From: Podarcis pityusensis
Taxonomy: Eukaryota
Assembly (NCBI GenBank): GCA_964106645.2
Contig: OZ067045.1
DNA: 64,000 bases
Strand: one strand, 5' to 3'
Made by a program: the position numbers and the translations under genes. This document shows, piece by piece, positions 12,473-25,500 of the stretch. Below the pieces are notes generated by a model that saw only the letters and a list, made by a program, of their open reading frames with translations, was not told the DNA's origin and did no database searches. The stretch's first letter is position 1, and each line of letters starts with the position of its first letter.

Positions 12473-14591
12473 GTATGTTCTGCAATACATCTGCCTACTT
12501 AAATCTTACCAGGCATTGCTTATTTACATTGTCTAATCATAAGGGCTAGAAACTTGCTTTCCCCCCCCCCCAAAAAAATAATTAATATTATCAGGAATTC
12601 AAATTCTGAATGGCCAATTCCAAATTCTGCACTCATTCTCTATTGCACAGCAATGCTGAATTCACAGAGCTAGGGGAGGGGGAGGAATCCAGTCAGTTTG
12701 CACTTTCATTCACACTTCCTGAAACAATAAACTTCTCTGAATCTTGCAATGCAGTTCTCCAGCCAACCAAGTGTGCATGGAGACGCACATATTAGTGGGA
12801 AATAAAGTACAAAACTGCATTATGTTTGCTTTTATAAATGCATATATTAGGCCAAACAGCATACAATAATGCATAAGTTAGGAGAATCCTGTACAATTCT
12901 GGGCCGTTTTTTTAATAAAAATATGAATTTGCAAATGGATGTCGAAATGGGGCAAACTAAACTTACGGTTGGACACAAGAAAAATTGGGGGGGGGTGAAA
13001 TTGACATATCCATCCATCTCTACACAGAGCCCTACGCTTTGCTAACTCTCCATTGTCGCAAACGAGTGGGGTGGGGGAGGTTAAAAATATGTGACGTTTT
13101 CCAGGGAGACAATGCCCTCACTGCGGTCTCTGCTTTCTTAACTCCCACTCTTCTCCCTTCTCTCCCCAACCCTCAAAAAAGAAATGTGGCGGGGTAGAGA
13201 GTTGAGCAGCTATCTTGACTCCAGCCAGTGCAGCCTGCCAGGAGGAAGGCCTGGTGTCCCTTAGAGGCTTCCTCTGTGGTTTTATCTGCTGCTCCGCTAC
13301 AAAAGAAGAACTTTGATGCCAGCTCCTTCCCTTCCATTAACGCAGGGTCCAAAAAGAAAAGAAAAGAAAAAAATCCACCATTTCCTCTCGCTCTGTGAAT
13401 TGCTAATAAACTCCAGACAGAAAGGTCTGATTAGGAAATTGTTTAGGAAATTGAAAGGAAAGGGGGAGGAGGGGTGGGACCCGTTCCATGCTCCAGTTGA
13501 GCCAACGCTGCTTTTCTGAGCACGTGAGCCGGGGAGAGTGAGCTTGGCTTCGCAATACGCTTGTCCGCTGGGATCCTGCTCTTCTCCCTTTTGCGCAACC
13601 TGTTTCTGCAAGCTGGATCTGTCATGCAAGCAGAGACATTGCCACATGGGTCTGAGGGCTAGGGCTGCAGGGATGAGGCCCGAGCCAAATAGCTGATTTT
13701 CAGTTTGTTGCTGCCTGAAAGGGGTGCTTCCAGACTGTCAGTATTTTGCAGGGGAGTGGAGTGGGGGGGAATCACATTCCAGTAAATCCAAACATCACAA
13801 TTAAAGCTGCTTTGGAGCTGTAGCAAAACCAACTCACTTCCCGGAAAGGATAGGGAAATGCTCTGGATAGTGTGAGATGGCAGTCGATTTGATGCAACTC
13901 ATCTAACCTCCCCACAAACAAATAATTAAATAAATAGCCAACTTCATCTAATCACTCCAGAAACAAATTAGGCCACCTGAGTCTAGTCTCGAGTCTTGCT
14001 CTTTTGAAACCTATTTGAGCAGTAGTTTAGAGATTTTTGAACAAATTCAGTAGGCTTCTTTAAACCAAACTAATTCATTCCGAGCACTGGCTATAGGCCT
14101 GCTCATGAGTTTATGTTGCACCAGCATGTGATGCTCAAAGGGAGAGAAGTGTGAGAAGACAAAAATAGAATTATGATATGTACACAGAGTTCTCTCATAG
14201 ATAATGCTAACAGCCAGTGCCATTTGCAGATAACACCATGTCATATTCCAGTGGTGGTCCTGAGTTTTTAACACTTAACGTTTATTCCCTGTGAAATGAG
14301 AACTTTCCTTACCACAATGTTCCTTAGCACTCACAAGAAGTCATCTGGACAAAACATTTCTCAGCTCCTTTTATCACAGTCATTGTTCCACCCTCCTTCC
14401 ATTGTCAAGGATTTTTAAATTACCGTTACAACTTTGTTTTCCTCACTCCAATTTTCTTCTTAAATTTTGAACACATGCATGATGGCACAGTCTGCAACAG
14501 ATGAATCAAGGGCCCGTCCAGACATTTATTTGCTTTTACGATGATTTGTACTCATGTTGATATTGGAGCAGTTATATGCGATTCCTCTTTC

Positions 14592-14704
14592 TTTTATTTT
14601 TTATGGAACGCTTCATAAAATTGCGTATCATTCTTGTGCAGGGACCATATATCTTCTCTGTATTGTTCAATATTTTTTAGTGTATGTGCCACCAAAGTGA
14701 GCAC
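14592..14704 (-). pseudogene. RNU6: U6 snRNA processed retrocopy
   Basis: Minus strand reads GTGCTCACTTTGGTGGCACATACACTAAAA...ATACAGAGAAGAT...CAAGAATGATACGCAATTTTATGAAGCGTTCCATA, a full-length diverged U6. It is followed by an A-rich tail and flanked by TSD attcctctttc (14581-14591, 14708-14718). The catalytic AGC triad is lost. Confidence 0.92.
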
Positions 14705-16281
14705 ACAATTCCTCTTTCAATACTGTTTGCACCTGCAAAAGGTTTGGCGTGGACAGACTGCTCTGCTTCCGATTGTCCTGTTGCTTCCTGCTGAAACCCT
14801 GTAACTTTTTATACCATCAATGTTCTGCTTTAATTTCTATTCTGCTTTTGCTGCACTATACTTTAGCACCAGAGTGAACCACCCTGTGATCTTCAGATGA
14901 AGGGCAGTATACAAATTTAATAAATAATAAAGAAGAATGCCATTCTAGACAGCAATAATGCAGTAACATTTGGGAAGCATCACTTAAAAACTAATGAAGT
15001 GGAATGATGTGCAGACTGTCCAGTTTTAACCCACCACTAATGCACTTTTATTGCATCAATGACATGTTGCAGAATACAGCTGCAAAAAAGCACCCGTCTG
15101 GAGGGGCCCTAAGTGCATTGGAATCTAGGCCCTGCGAATGAGCTGAAAGCAGCAGATACAACAGTACTGCTCGAGTTAAGGTGTGGTGCTCATCTGTCTC
15201 TGGAAGAGAGATGGGTAAAAGCCCTGTGTAAGAGTAGGGTATAAATATAATACTTTTTCCAGCTGCATTAGACTCCAGAGACTTTAAATTGTTCCTTTAA
15301 ATAGATAAACATGTACATAAGTCACACCAATATATATTGTCTGGTGTTCATAAAAAAGCACATAGGTAAAGAAAACTCCAAGAATAGTTAATATTTCACT
15401 GCCATAAACAGCAGTTATGTATCTCCATTTGCATAATGCTTCAGGCAAACGGTATGCCAGGAAACGTAGGCTTGATTTATCACAATTTCCAGCTTCTGCC
15501 ATACTGCCTACAGGAATAATTGTTAAGGCTATTTGCATAAAGTTTTATAGGAATACCATGCAACCTTTTCTTCAGGATGCACCTAGGTAGATGGAAGTCA
15601 AAATGAATTCAGAATACTGATCCAATACAGGTATTAACAAACACAGCTAACTTTCCCCTCTGATCCTTTAGGAATGCCGTATAATAACTCATGTTCCTAG
15701 CCTTATTATCCAACTCTTTTACATTATCTGTTAATTCTGAAACAGGATCTCTTATCAAGGCCAGTGATTGCAATTTGCCTCAGGTAGCAAATCTGCCCCC
15801 ATCCCCACCACTGCCAGTCTAGTTGTGCCACTGCCAGCCCCACCGCAGCTTCAACTGTACCACCATCGCTGCTGCCACAGTGCCCTTGCCCTCGCTGCTA
15901 ATGCTGCACCTTTGCCGCTGTGTCATGGTGACAGGACGGGTGAAACTGCAAGCAAGGGTGCAGTTGGGGGTGGCGGCAGCAAAAGAACACCCTGACTCTT
16001 ACTAATCAGTCCCCCCCCCCCCGAGCCACTTATTACTCCACCAAATCCTTTTGGGGTTTATCACTTCCTTAAACTTTTTTCCTCTTAAAATGATTGCATG
16101 GGCACATATGTAAATAAGCGCCAATCCAAAAGAATAATGTTCCAAAACTGCAGCTAGCAGGAGATGGGAGAATGTGTTAATCATCATAGGTATTGCCCAG
16201 TAGGTGATCACAAGTCACACCAAATGCATCTTCATTCATATGTCAGTTATCAGTTCGACTCCTTTTCTAAGGCCCCATCTG

Positions 16282-16284
<3 letters not shown>

Positions 16285-16322
<38 letters not shown>
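16285..16322. repeat. (TA)n microsatellite
   Basis: Direct reading. Confidence 0.95.
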
Positions 16323-16325
<3 letters not shown>

Positions 16326-16437
16326 CAGTATCATACCACTTTAAACAGTCATGGCTTCCCCCAAAGAATACTGGGAACTGTAGTTTGTTACAGGTGGTAA
16401 GAGTTTGCTGGGAAGAGGGATGGATGATTAAACCACT

Positions 16438-19400
16438 GATGGGAACCAGTGTTGTCGACTACATTTTACTGACGCCGGAGCTATTCTCAATTTCTACAAA
16501 AATGGAAGTGGCTGAATATTTTGGTGGTGACCACCTTCCACTGACTCTATTGTTAAACCTAATAGAGCCAATTTCAGTCCCCTCAAACTATAGAACCACG
16601 GTACAAAGCCACCCTGTATACAAAACAAAGAAATGGACAAGCCTCAGCTCCTCTCTTGCCCTGGACATACAAAAATCATTTGATATGTCTGCAGTTCCCT
16701 CTGACCCAATCCTGCCCGCTGATCAATACCGGAAATTACTTGATGCTTTCTCAACAACTTACATAACCACCGCCTCGCCTACTCACCAACGCCTCTTCTC
16801 TGAATCGCCTTGGTTTGACAAGGAATGTAAAGCCCTAAGAAGGCGAATTAGGAAAATGGTCAGAATCATCAAATTTTCCAACGACCCCCAAACCCGTGCA
16901 AAGCTCATAGATATTAAAAGGACATACAGAAACATGATTCATTGCAAGAAACAGCAGCACATCCTTGAGGCTTGGTCCACTCTTCGTTCGGCTGTAGAGA
17001 GGCATGACTCCCGCTCCTTCTGGCGCTTAGTTAGACCTTCGGCACCATTCAATCCAGCTACCCAGATTTCCGCTGATGAATGGATTGCCTACTATTCAAC
17101 CAGTTTCGCTTCTCCAAATCATCTTACAGATCTCCTTCAATCCCCGTCGGACCTCTGTTCCTGCTCTCTTAGTCCCACTTCATCAATAAACTTTACTTCA
17201 ACTCGCATTTTCAACATCATAATGTCAATGCGAAGGAATAAGGCCCCCGGCCCAGACATGGTCCCGTTGGACCTTTTCCTGTCTGATCCTCTTTGGTGGA
17301 GCGAACACCTGACTCCTGTATTCACCGCCATCTCCTCCGCCCTAGACATCCCCGACTCCTGGAGAGAAGCTATAATAGTTCCGATCTTCAAAGGCGGCCA
17401 GCCAAACATCCCTAGGAACTATCGCCCCATCAGTTTATTATCCATCCCGGGGAAAATATTTGCCGCTGTTTTACTGGAGGAACTTCTCTCATGGGTCCAG
17501 GAGAGGAACATTCTACCGCTAGAACAGATTGGTTTCCGAAAGTCAGCATCAACCATGGACCACTGTCTAACTCTCTATCACCTTGCCAGTAAATACACTG
17601 CAACAAGGCAAGGCCACCTATTTGCCGCTTTCATGGACCTGGAGGCCGCCTTTGATTCCATTCCTAGGCAGAGATTATGGTCCAAACTTGCCCATCTGGG
17701 AATTGATCCGCACCTCCTCTCCCTAATTATTTCCCTTTATTCAAACACCACAGCTCGCGTCCGAAGTGGTCCCAACGGCTCCCTCACTACTCCATTTCCA
17801 ACGGCCAAGGGCGTCCGACAAGGTTGTCTCTTGGCCCCTCTACTGTTTAATCTCTATCTTCATGATGCAATTTCCACTTTGAAGCTAGCATCTAAGTACC
17901 CTCCTCACTTAGCAGGCCACCCCGTTGCTTCCCTTTTCTATGCTGATGATGCCGTCATCTTATCCAGAACAGCTGCGGACCTAGCAAATGCAGTTAATGC
18001 ATTTATCGCCTATTGTAAGGCGGAAGCTCTTAATATTAATTATAAAAAATCGAAAGTCCTCCACTTCACTCGTTCCCGCAAACTCAAGTTGGAGCCGCTT
18101 AAGATCACAGGTGGCTACTTAGAAAAGGTAAAAGCCTTTAAATATCTAGGCTTAATTTTCACTTATAATCTCTCCTGGACCACCCATCTACAATCTGCCT
18201 TTCTCGCTGCAACCACGACCTCTAACGCCATTGTCCGATTTTACCACCAGAAGGGCGGCAAACACCTTCCAGCAGCAATTCAAATATTTAATGCCAAAGT
18301 TGTCCCTAAATTATTATATGGATGCGAAGTATGGACTACAGCAATATCAGGTAACTTGGACCGCCCACTTCATATGTTTCTGAGATCTCTTTCCGGCGTC
18401 CCGAGATGTGTCTCAGGTGCAGCCCTACGACTCGAGTTCGCCCAGCCCTCAATTGTTAAACGAGCATGGAGTCGAGCCATTTCCTACAGCTTCCACCTAT
18501 TAGCATCGGATGCTCGAATTAGAGGTGGTTTTTCCAATCTGATCCTAAGAGATATTCATAATTCCCCTTGGAAAACTACAATTAACCTCAAATTCCGCTC
18601 TCTTCTCAATTTGAATTGTAAAACTGTTCTTAACTTAGAGTGTATCAGCCCGGCGGCCCTACCTCCAATTAAAAAGAAACTACAGCAACTTGACTTCTCT
18701 AACACAGCTTCCTATGCAAGAGGGCCGTGTTCAGGCCTAGCCCTAGCTATTCCACCCCCTGAAGGGATCCCTCTATACTGCTTCACAATTTCTTCGGAGG
18801 CTAAGCGAAGGGCCTTTACCTGTGCCCGTCTCAACTGTTTTCCTACAGCAGTTCTGTCGGGTCGTTATTCCAGAGTTCCCATCGCAAATAGAACATGCAC
18901 CTGTAACAACACGGCCCTGGAGACTATGGAACATGTAATGCTCTTCTGTCCTAACTGGACAGATGAAAGATCTCGGTTTTTAACTCCCCTCGTGAATAAG
19001 CTTCATCTCCCAATCCAGCCTTGGATAGTGTCCCTCCTTTTGCAGGATTCTGATTGTTGGATTACCGAGATGACAGCTAACTTCCTGCTTAGTGTGATGA
19101 AGAGGAAAGCGGCACTAACTTCTTCCTTAACACCACAGCTGCAGTCGATACGCCGCACAATCGAACGAAGTTCCAAGTAGTCTTATTGTACAAGGACAAT
19201 GGAGTTAGGATAAATCTGAGGAGCTGAAGGACCCTTTAACGGTCCTCCTCCAGCTTCAGCAGTTTTTTTTGTTTGTTTGTTTCTGTACTATCTGTTGCTC
19301 AATGTTTTAAATCCCCTGTCGCTTTAGTAACCCCCCCTTTCCCCCCCTCTTTCTTTAAGTATTCGCCCAGGAAGATATCTACCTTTACCTCCCCACCCCC

Positions 19401-19464
19401 ATTTCATGTTGTTATTTCAATGTATATCATGCTATGGCCACACGGCTAATGCAATAAAATCTAT
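16438..19464 (+). mobile_element. 5'-truncated non-LTR retrotransposon (LINE), probably RTE-X-like clade
   Basis: Perfect 13-bp TSD tgattaaaccact (16425-16437, 19465-19477); AATAAA near the 3' end; inserted into an older lizard repeat. Confidence 0.9.
16439..19180 (+). CDS. LINE pol ORF: end of AP endonuclease, reverse transcriptase, C-terminal Cys/His knuckle (N-terminally truncated)
   Basis: Uninterrupted frame. APE-end motifs SVVDYIL and GDHLPL; PWFDKEC; RT motifs KAPGPD, NYRPISLL, QIGFR, DLEAAFDS, GVRQGCLLAPLLFN, YADD, FKYLG; C-terminal CTC-x7-EHVMLFC. Confidence 0.88.
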   Translation: MGTSVVDYILLTPELFSISTKMEVAEYFGGDHLPLTLLLNLIEPISVPSNYRTTVQSHPVYKTKKWTSLSSSLALDIQKSFDMSAVPSDPILPADQYRKLLDAFSTTYITTASPTHQRLFSESPWFDKECKALRRRIRKMVRIIKFSNDPQTRAKLIDIKRTYRNMIHCKKQQHILEAWSTLRSAVERHDSRSFWRLVRPSAPFNPATQISADEWIAYYSTSFASPNHLTDLLQSPSDLCSCSLSPTSSINFTSTRIFNIIMSMRRNKAPGPDMVPLDLFLSDPLWWSEHLTPVFTAISSALDIPDSWREAIIVPIFKGGQPNIPRNYRPISLLSIPGKIFAAVLLEELLSWVQERNILPLEQIGFRKSASTMDHCLTLYHLASKYTATRQGHLFAAFMDLEAAFDSIPRQRLWSKLAHLGIDPHLLSLIISLYSNTTARVRSGPNGSLTTPFPTAKGVRQGCLLAPLLFNLYLHDAISTLKLASKYPPHLAGHPVASLFYADDAVILSRTAADLANAVNAFIAYCKAEALNINYKKSKVLHFTRSRKLKLEPLKITGGYLEKVKAFKYLGLIFTYNLSWTTHLQSAFLAATTTSNAIVRFYHQKGGKHLPAAIQIFNAKVVPKLLYGCEVWTTAISGNLDRPLHMFLRSLSGVPRCVSGAALRLEFAQPSIVKRAWSRAISYSFHLLASDARIRGGFSNLILRDIHNSPWKTTINLKFRSLLNLNCKTVLNLECISPAALPPIKKKLQQLDFSNTASYARGPCSGLALAIPPPEGIPLYCFTISSEAKRRAFTCARLNCFPTAVLSGRYSRVPIANRTCTCNNTALETMEHVMLFCPNWTDERSRFLTPLVNKLHLPIQPWIVSLLLQDSDCWITEMTANFLLSVMKRKAALTSSLTPQLQSIRRTIERSSK

Positions 19465-21489
19465 TGATTAAACCACTCTGAGAAAATGGCAGTTGTTCTG
19501 CAGTGTCCCCAATGTTATCATGTTGCTGTCGTCATCTGGAGGTGCAGTCTTGCACTATGTTGCAACAAAAGCAGAACAAACACCCCAGAACATTTGTGGT
19601 ATAAAAAGCTACAATACTGTATTTCAGCAGGAAGTTATGGGATGTGCATCAACTGGTAACAAAGCAGTATGTCCACCACAAAACTTTTGCAGGCTCAAAC
19701 AATATGGAAAATGAGATTGTGTGTAATTGCCCAGGCATCATCATGAATGCACAATAGAAAGAGCCCTTGTGTGACTGACCAGTGTGGATGAAGGATCAGG
19801 GCTGCGCCTTCAAAGGCAAAAACTACCAGCCACCCCCCTCCCGGCAACTCATGGCAAGAAAACAATACATGGGTGGTGCTACTGGGGGGATATACCGATA
19901 TACCACAAAACCATTTCCCATCACATCAGCAACATGCCCGGGAAGCCCAATATTTTAGTTTACTGTATTGTATTTATCTGCAAACTTATAAACCACAACC
20001 AAACTAGTTAACAATAAAATAAAATATAGAATACAAAAACATTACAAACTCAATCAACTAAGGACAAGAGAACCATTTCTACGGCTGTGCAAGTATTATT
20101 CCATAAAACAACTGGGTCAGTGTTCAGGGAAAGCCTTCTTAAACAAACAAAAAGTTCTTCAACTGAAGACAAAAAATGTCTTCAAATATGCCACCCTGGG
20201 CCAGTTCCAGTACAGATGCAAGGCAAGGAACATTTTACTTGCCTTGGGAGAAGGAGGAGGACACAATGGTACTCGCCACCACACAAAAAACCCCAGAACT
20301 CAGTGCAGGAAGACCCTTCTTGCAGATTCCACCATCAGCACTTAGGTCTGGTAGGGTATTGTGCACTGATCCACTGCAACCGATTAGTAAAGCCCATGTG
20401 GATGGGAGGCCAGGGGTCTTGCAAGGGCCCCTTTAAGGGATTCCATAAGCAGCAGGTCCTCTGCCTACCATAGAAGGGACTGGGAGCCTCATTGATGCAG
20501 ATACTCAGATTAAAAGCAGATGGCCAAATCTGCATTCCGCTCAGCCTCCGTTGACTTTAATAAAATCGCCAAACTCCTTGGAAGCTTCTTCCTTCCTTGC
20601 CAAGTGACGTCAGCAGCCGGCCAGGAGGTTTTCTGAGCAATCTGTGGAGCCTGGTTGGACTTCCTTCTTCTGGTCCAGAAGGATGGCGCGTTTTGGAACA
20701 AAGAGCCTTTTTCTCATTAAGTAATATGAGGCAGTTTCAGGCCCATGGCCGGAAACTTTGTGTTGAGGGGGCTACGGATGTGCTGGTGGGGAACGTCACA
20801 ATTAGTATAGTCGGTATTTAAAGTTATTTAACAAAATATTAACACATGAAGCTCCCTGAGGCTGAGTCAGACCTGGAGCAGACCACTTAATGCATCATCT
20901 GATGATGATATAGAGCAGAGGTCCCCAACATGATGCCCATGGACGCCACCTCAGCCCCCCTTTTTCAATGAGTGTTTTTGGGGTATTGGTTTTGAGGGAG
21001 GGTAACCTGTTTTTGTCTGTGTCCTATTTGTTTGGGGGGGGGGGAGAGTCTTTTGCCTGGGAGGGGGTGTCAGAGCATCACCAGTTTGGGTTATTTTTTG
21101 TGGTGCTCACAACTGTTTCAGATTTCCAAAATGTGCTCCATGTCCAAAAAGATTAGGGAGGCTGGACATGCAGTGCTGGGGGGTCTGAGAGATCCTGGGT
21201 TGGTGGTGAGCATGCTGTTCAGGGTGCTAAAATGGTTTTGGCAACCTCTGAGCTCCGCAAGGCTAAACAGCAGGATAAATGGCAGCCTGAGTCATTGTTT
21301 TTCTTTTTCTTTTACGCTCTCCTTAATCACATTTATTTTTCCGTTTCTCAACCATCAAGAAGCCAGAGGCTGACGCACAAGAAAGGAGCCGCTTGTTCTC
21401 CAGTGGTACAGAAGGGGCATTTGCTAGATGTTACAAAAGTTGACCAAAGTGGGTGTAGAGGGAAGAGAGAAAAATATAGCTGTATAGAT

Positions 21490-21662
21490 GCTTCATGGTA
21501 GAGTATCTGCTTTGCATGCAGAAGGTCCCAGGTTCGATCCCGGACATTTCCAGGTAAGGCTCGGTAAAGACTCCTGCCTGAAACTCTGGAAACCCCCTGC
21601 CAGTCAGTGTAGAAAATACTGAGCTCAATGAACCAATGTTCTGCATTAGTATGATCCTATGT
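21490..21662 (+). mobile_element. tRNA(Ala)-derived SINE (Squam3-like); representative of many copies
   Basis: Head GGTAGAGTATCTGCTTTGCATGCAGAAGGTCCCAGGTTCGATCCC with B box. Other copies at ~3588-4030, 10615-10770(-), 24050-24140(-), 31490-31620(-), 45940-46112(-), 48140-48315 and 51915-52090. Confidence 0.75.
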
Positions 21663-22359
21663 CCACACATCAACGTTTGTCGTTGGCTCAACTAAAGCAT
21701 CTCAGGAGCCATCGATGGGGTTTCCTTGCAGAAAACAAATAATATGATCAATATTTTGGGGCACCAACAGGGTCTAAGGTGGTTGCTTACGCATCACCCA
21801 AAAAGAAGACAAAGGAAGACACAGATGCAATGCTAATGCATATGCATATATGCAAATTTAGAAATAATAACTATAATTTAATTAGACATACCATATATCT
21901 CACTGGAATGCTGTCCCGGTGCTACTAACTATGGATGGATAACTATTCAAAGGCCCCTGCTGATTTACCTTTTATCTGTAAACTGAAATTCAACTGGACA
22001 GCCCTTCAAACAGAGGACTCCTTCAAAAGGTAAGGACTGTCTTTTGCCAGCCCTTCTAATATGACATGTGGCCACCCTGCCAGGGTCAAGATGGGTCTTT
22101 AGATCAGCAATGCCAATCAGGGGCAAGGAAACTATTTGGCCTGGGGACAAAGAGGGCTTCAAATTTAGACACTTGTTAATTTTTTGGCCTTTGGTAAGTT
22201 TCACAGCTTACTTTTATTTTACGTATTTATTTTAATATTGCTTTCCACCTTTCCTTCAAGAAGCTCAAGGTGGCGTACATGGTTCTTCCTCCTCTCCATT
22301 TTAGCCTTACAACATGGGGAGTACCGGCTCCTTTTTTTCCTTTTAGAAGAAAAGCACTG

Positions 22360-22545
22360 CTAATAGCAACACCTTGAACTTGGCCCGGCAGCAAACTGGC
22401 AACCAGTGAAGGTGTTATGCTGAAAGGGTTTCCTGCCAGCAACTGAGCTGCAGGGTTCTGCACTAACAGTAGCTTCCAGGTCAAGCACGTGGGAAGTCCC
22501 ACATAGAGGGTATTGCAGTAATCCAGTCCTGAAGTAACAGTGTAC
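22360..22545 (-). mobile_element. L2/CR1-group LINE fragment
   Basis: Minus translation resembles GLDYCNTLYVGLP...KLLLVQNPAAQLL. Related 3' fragments (RAFSV/APRLWNSLP/LKTxLF type) at ~27880-28020, 38290-38412 and 40410-40525. Confidence 0.65.
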
Positions 22546-25500
22546 TGACGCTGTAAGAGGATAGCCAGAAGCCATGTGTAAAAAGTGGGATTTGAGCAGG
22601 GGGTTGTAAGAAGGAAAATAGGAACTGCCTAATGCATCACACAGCAGTAGGGTCTTACCAGTGTTTCTCCTTGTCAACCATTGTGGGGAAAGCAGGGATG
22701 GACATTTTCCGGTCCAAGGGCCACACTCCCTTCTGGACAACCTTCCCGGAGCGACATGCCAGCGGTAGTCAAGGGCCAAGTGGCAAAAGTGGTCAGAGTT
22801 TACCTTTGTACAGCACTCTAGTTTCTTCACACCCTGACTCAGGCCTTAATATCTTCCATCCAGGCAAGCAAAAGGCATTGTCAGAGTTCAAGGGTGCATT
22901 CTATACAGGCAAAAGCACTCAAGGGGGGTGCGAAGCAGGGCCAGTGTGGCTTAGGAAGTGGTGTGGGGAGAATCTCAAGAGCCTGATAGAGAGGTTTTGA
23001 GGGCACCATTTAGTCCCCAAATCTGCGGTTCCCCCACCCCCAGTTGTAAACACAAAACCTGAGTGAGGGCGTTAGCAAGTGCACATACCTGTAGGCAGAA
23101 GATTTCTGTGACTTCTTCGATTCCCCTCTGAGGCTTTTCCCAGGTCATCCAGCACTGAGATCCCTCACAGTGTGGAGGAGAGATGCACATCCTTAAGCAT
23201 GCAGCTTTCACACCCCAGGGAAATGGCGCCAATCGCACCATATAGTCTCTGGTCTAATGTAGAGTTCTGCTTTTGCTCCAGGTCTCTGTTTGAAGGGCTC
23301 TTAACTTCTTTAGCTGAAGGCTGATCTACCTTTATGTGGGTGGAAAAGAACCCCTTTCATGAGCATATGGGGTGGTAGAATTGGGGCCTTGTGTACATTT
23401 AATGTAATCCCTTTTCTTTTAAGCCCACTGGTCTTCCAAACCAAAGAAAATAATGCATTCCATTCTCTTATAATTGAGCCCAACCCAAATTAATGCAACC
23501 ACAGAGCTACTAGGGATGTGGGGAAGGCTGCCAGTGAGCATCCAGTAAGAACATGACATTTGGGCAGCGGCCCCTGTGCCTGTTAACAGGCCACTTTTGC
23601 CAATTAAGTCAGAATATCTGGCTTTTAAAGACATCATAAAAATGGTGATATGCCCAGTTGCAAAAGCAGAGTAGCTATTAGGCAGCAGACAAACAGCTGG
23701 GAGAGAGATCCGTGGCTCCATCGCTTCCTGGTGACTGTCTGATTGCTATGGAAGAACAAAAAGCAAAAGAGTGTCCCCTAAGCTCCTAAATCTTTAGAGC
23801 AGGAAGTAGACACATCTGTCCATTTCAACGGGGGATAAACTCCAAGGCAGAAAAAGATCCCCATGTCCGAAACATACTTAATTCTCTCACATCTCCAAAG
23901 GCTCTGTACTGCGGGTGCATCCAGGCAGCAAGGTATACTGGGAGCTCAAAAGGATTTTGGAAAAAAAGTTTGGCCTCTTTCTCTCACGTTCATCATGAGA
24001 AACCAGACATGTACCAACATGGGCAGAAAGATCCTACAGGAACACAGGAAGGAAGGTGCCTTATACTGAGGGAGAACATTGGGCTATCTAGGTCAGTATT
24101 GTCTACACTGACTGGCAGTGGCTCTTCAGGGTTTCAGACATTCCCAGCTCCCATCAGACCCAGCCAGCATGGGATGATGGGAGCTACAGTTCAGCAATGT
24201 CTAGGGGGCCCATCCCTGTAGTAGACTGTGAGGCCCTCCAGGGTTCAGGGCTTGTGGGGCCTGAGGCAATGCCGTGCAGAAAGTGTATTATGTAGCACCA
24301 ATAGATGTAAAGTAAGGCAACTTCTCTGAAATGTCCACTGTTAAATTGCTGAACTAGGAGCTGGAGAAATGAACGTGCAGGTTTGCCTCAGGAACTCTGA
24401 AATGCACCTAGTTGTCCTGGAGGGCTGCTTTGAGGTAAAATACCAGTAAATCAACTGCAGTATTGAAAGCTGTCCACCAACAAATTCTGTTGACAAAGAT
24501 ATCACCTTTGTTTGCATTTTTTTTACCTCAAGGTCAGCAATTTCCCCTCAGGACTTCACCTCAGCTCTGCAGTACTGGCTCTAAGGAGCCTGCCATTGCT
24601 GACCGCCTGCTCTAGAATCCTGATTTTATTTTTACTTTTGTCCAAGGCCCTACTCTAGTTGTTTAAATTCATAAGCTTTAGTGTTATGCGAGGCTCTTCC
24701 TTAGGCAAATATGTCCCCAAATTAGACTTGTCAGGTATTTGTCATGACAGGCCAGTCCCAGGTGTGATGGCTCTAGTCATGAGGCTCCTCACTCACCTGA
24801 GCAAATGCTAAGAAATGTATCATGGTGAGGAGAGGCAGTTGCATAAAATGGGCCCAGTTCTGCCCGCAATAAGGCCATGTTGATATGGCAGTGCGTTTTG
24901 CCTCCCGTGGTCTATGAGGGAAAATGACTAGAAAGGAGCCAGCCAGCCAAATGCACCGGAGGCAATGGGTGTGGAGCACATGAGACAGTTGTGAAAACCG
25001 AGGCTGGAATTCCTCATGCTGCATGATGAAGTTATAAAATGCCTCCCGATGCATCACGTGGCGTCTCCCCGTGAGGAGGAAGAATGTCTCTTTCAGGATG
25101 TAGTTAAACCTCAGCTTTTCCCCCTTAGGGATAAGATATGTGGGGCAGTGCTATTAAAAAGGAAAACAGCAGAGTTCTTCATCTGTAAGGGAAGCTCTTG
25201 TGAGTTTTTAATTGCTAGGAATAGGAAGATGGCTGGGAGATGCAAAGGGTTGTCTTCTGGGTTCCAGCTTAAAAAGAGTAATGTCCCCTGGTCAGGGAGG
25301 AGAAGAGATGGGGAGGCCAGCAGGCCAGTCTTGTGATAACATCTCATCCTTCTAAAGGGCAGAACTATGTGGGTAGAAATCTCAAAAAAGAGTCAGAGAC
25401 AACTCTTATGGAGCAATCTTGGATAATCTGAAAGACAGGAGTTAGATCTCTTTTCCTGTATCCCCTTGTTGTTTTAGAGTTCTCACTGAGGCAAGAACCC

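Noticed and set aside
14602-14704. Functional U6 snRNA gene
   Set aside because: Many substitutions, loss of the AGC triad, an A-tail and a TSD indicate a retrocopy.
16385-16437. N-terminus of the 931-aa ORF as listed in the ORF track
   Set aside because: It lies in flanking repeat/TSD sequence outside the element; the real ORF is 5'-truncated.
21490-21555. tRNA-Ala-like sequences here and at ~4364, 31550, 46050, 48140 and 51920
   Set aside because: They continue into a shared SINE body and lack intact cloverleafs, so they are SINE heads rather than tRNA genes.
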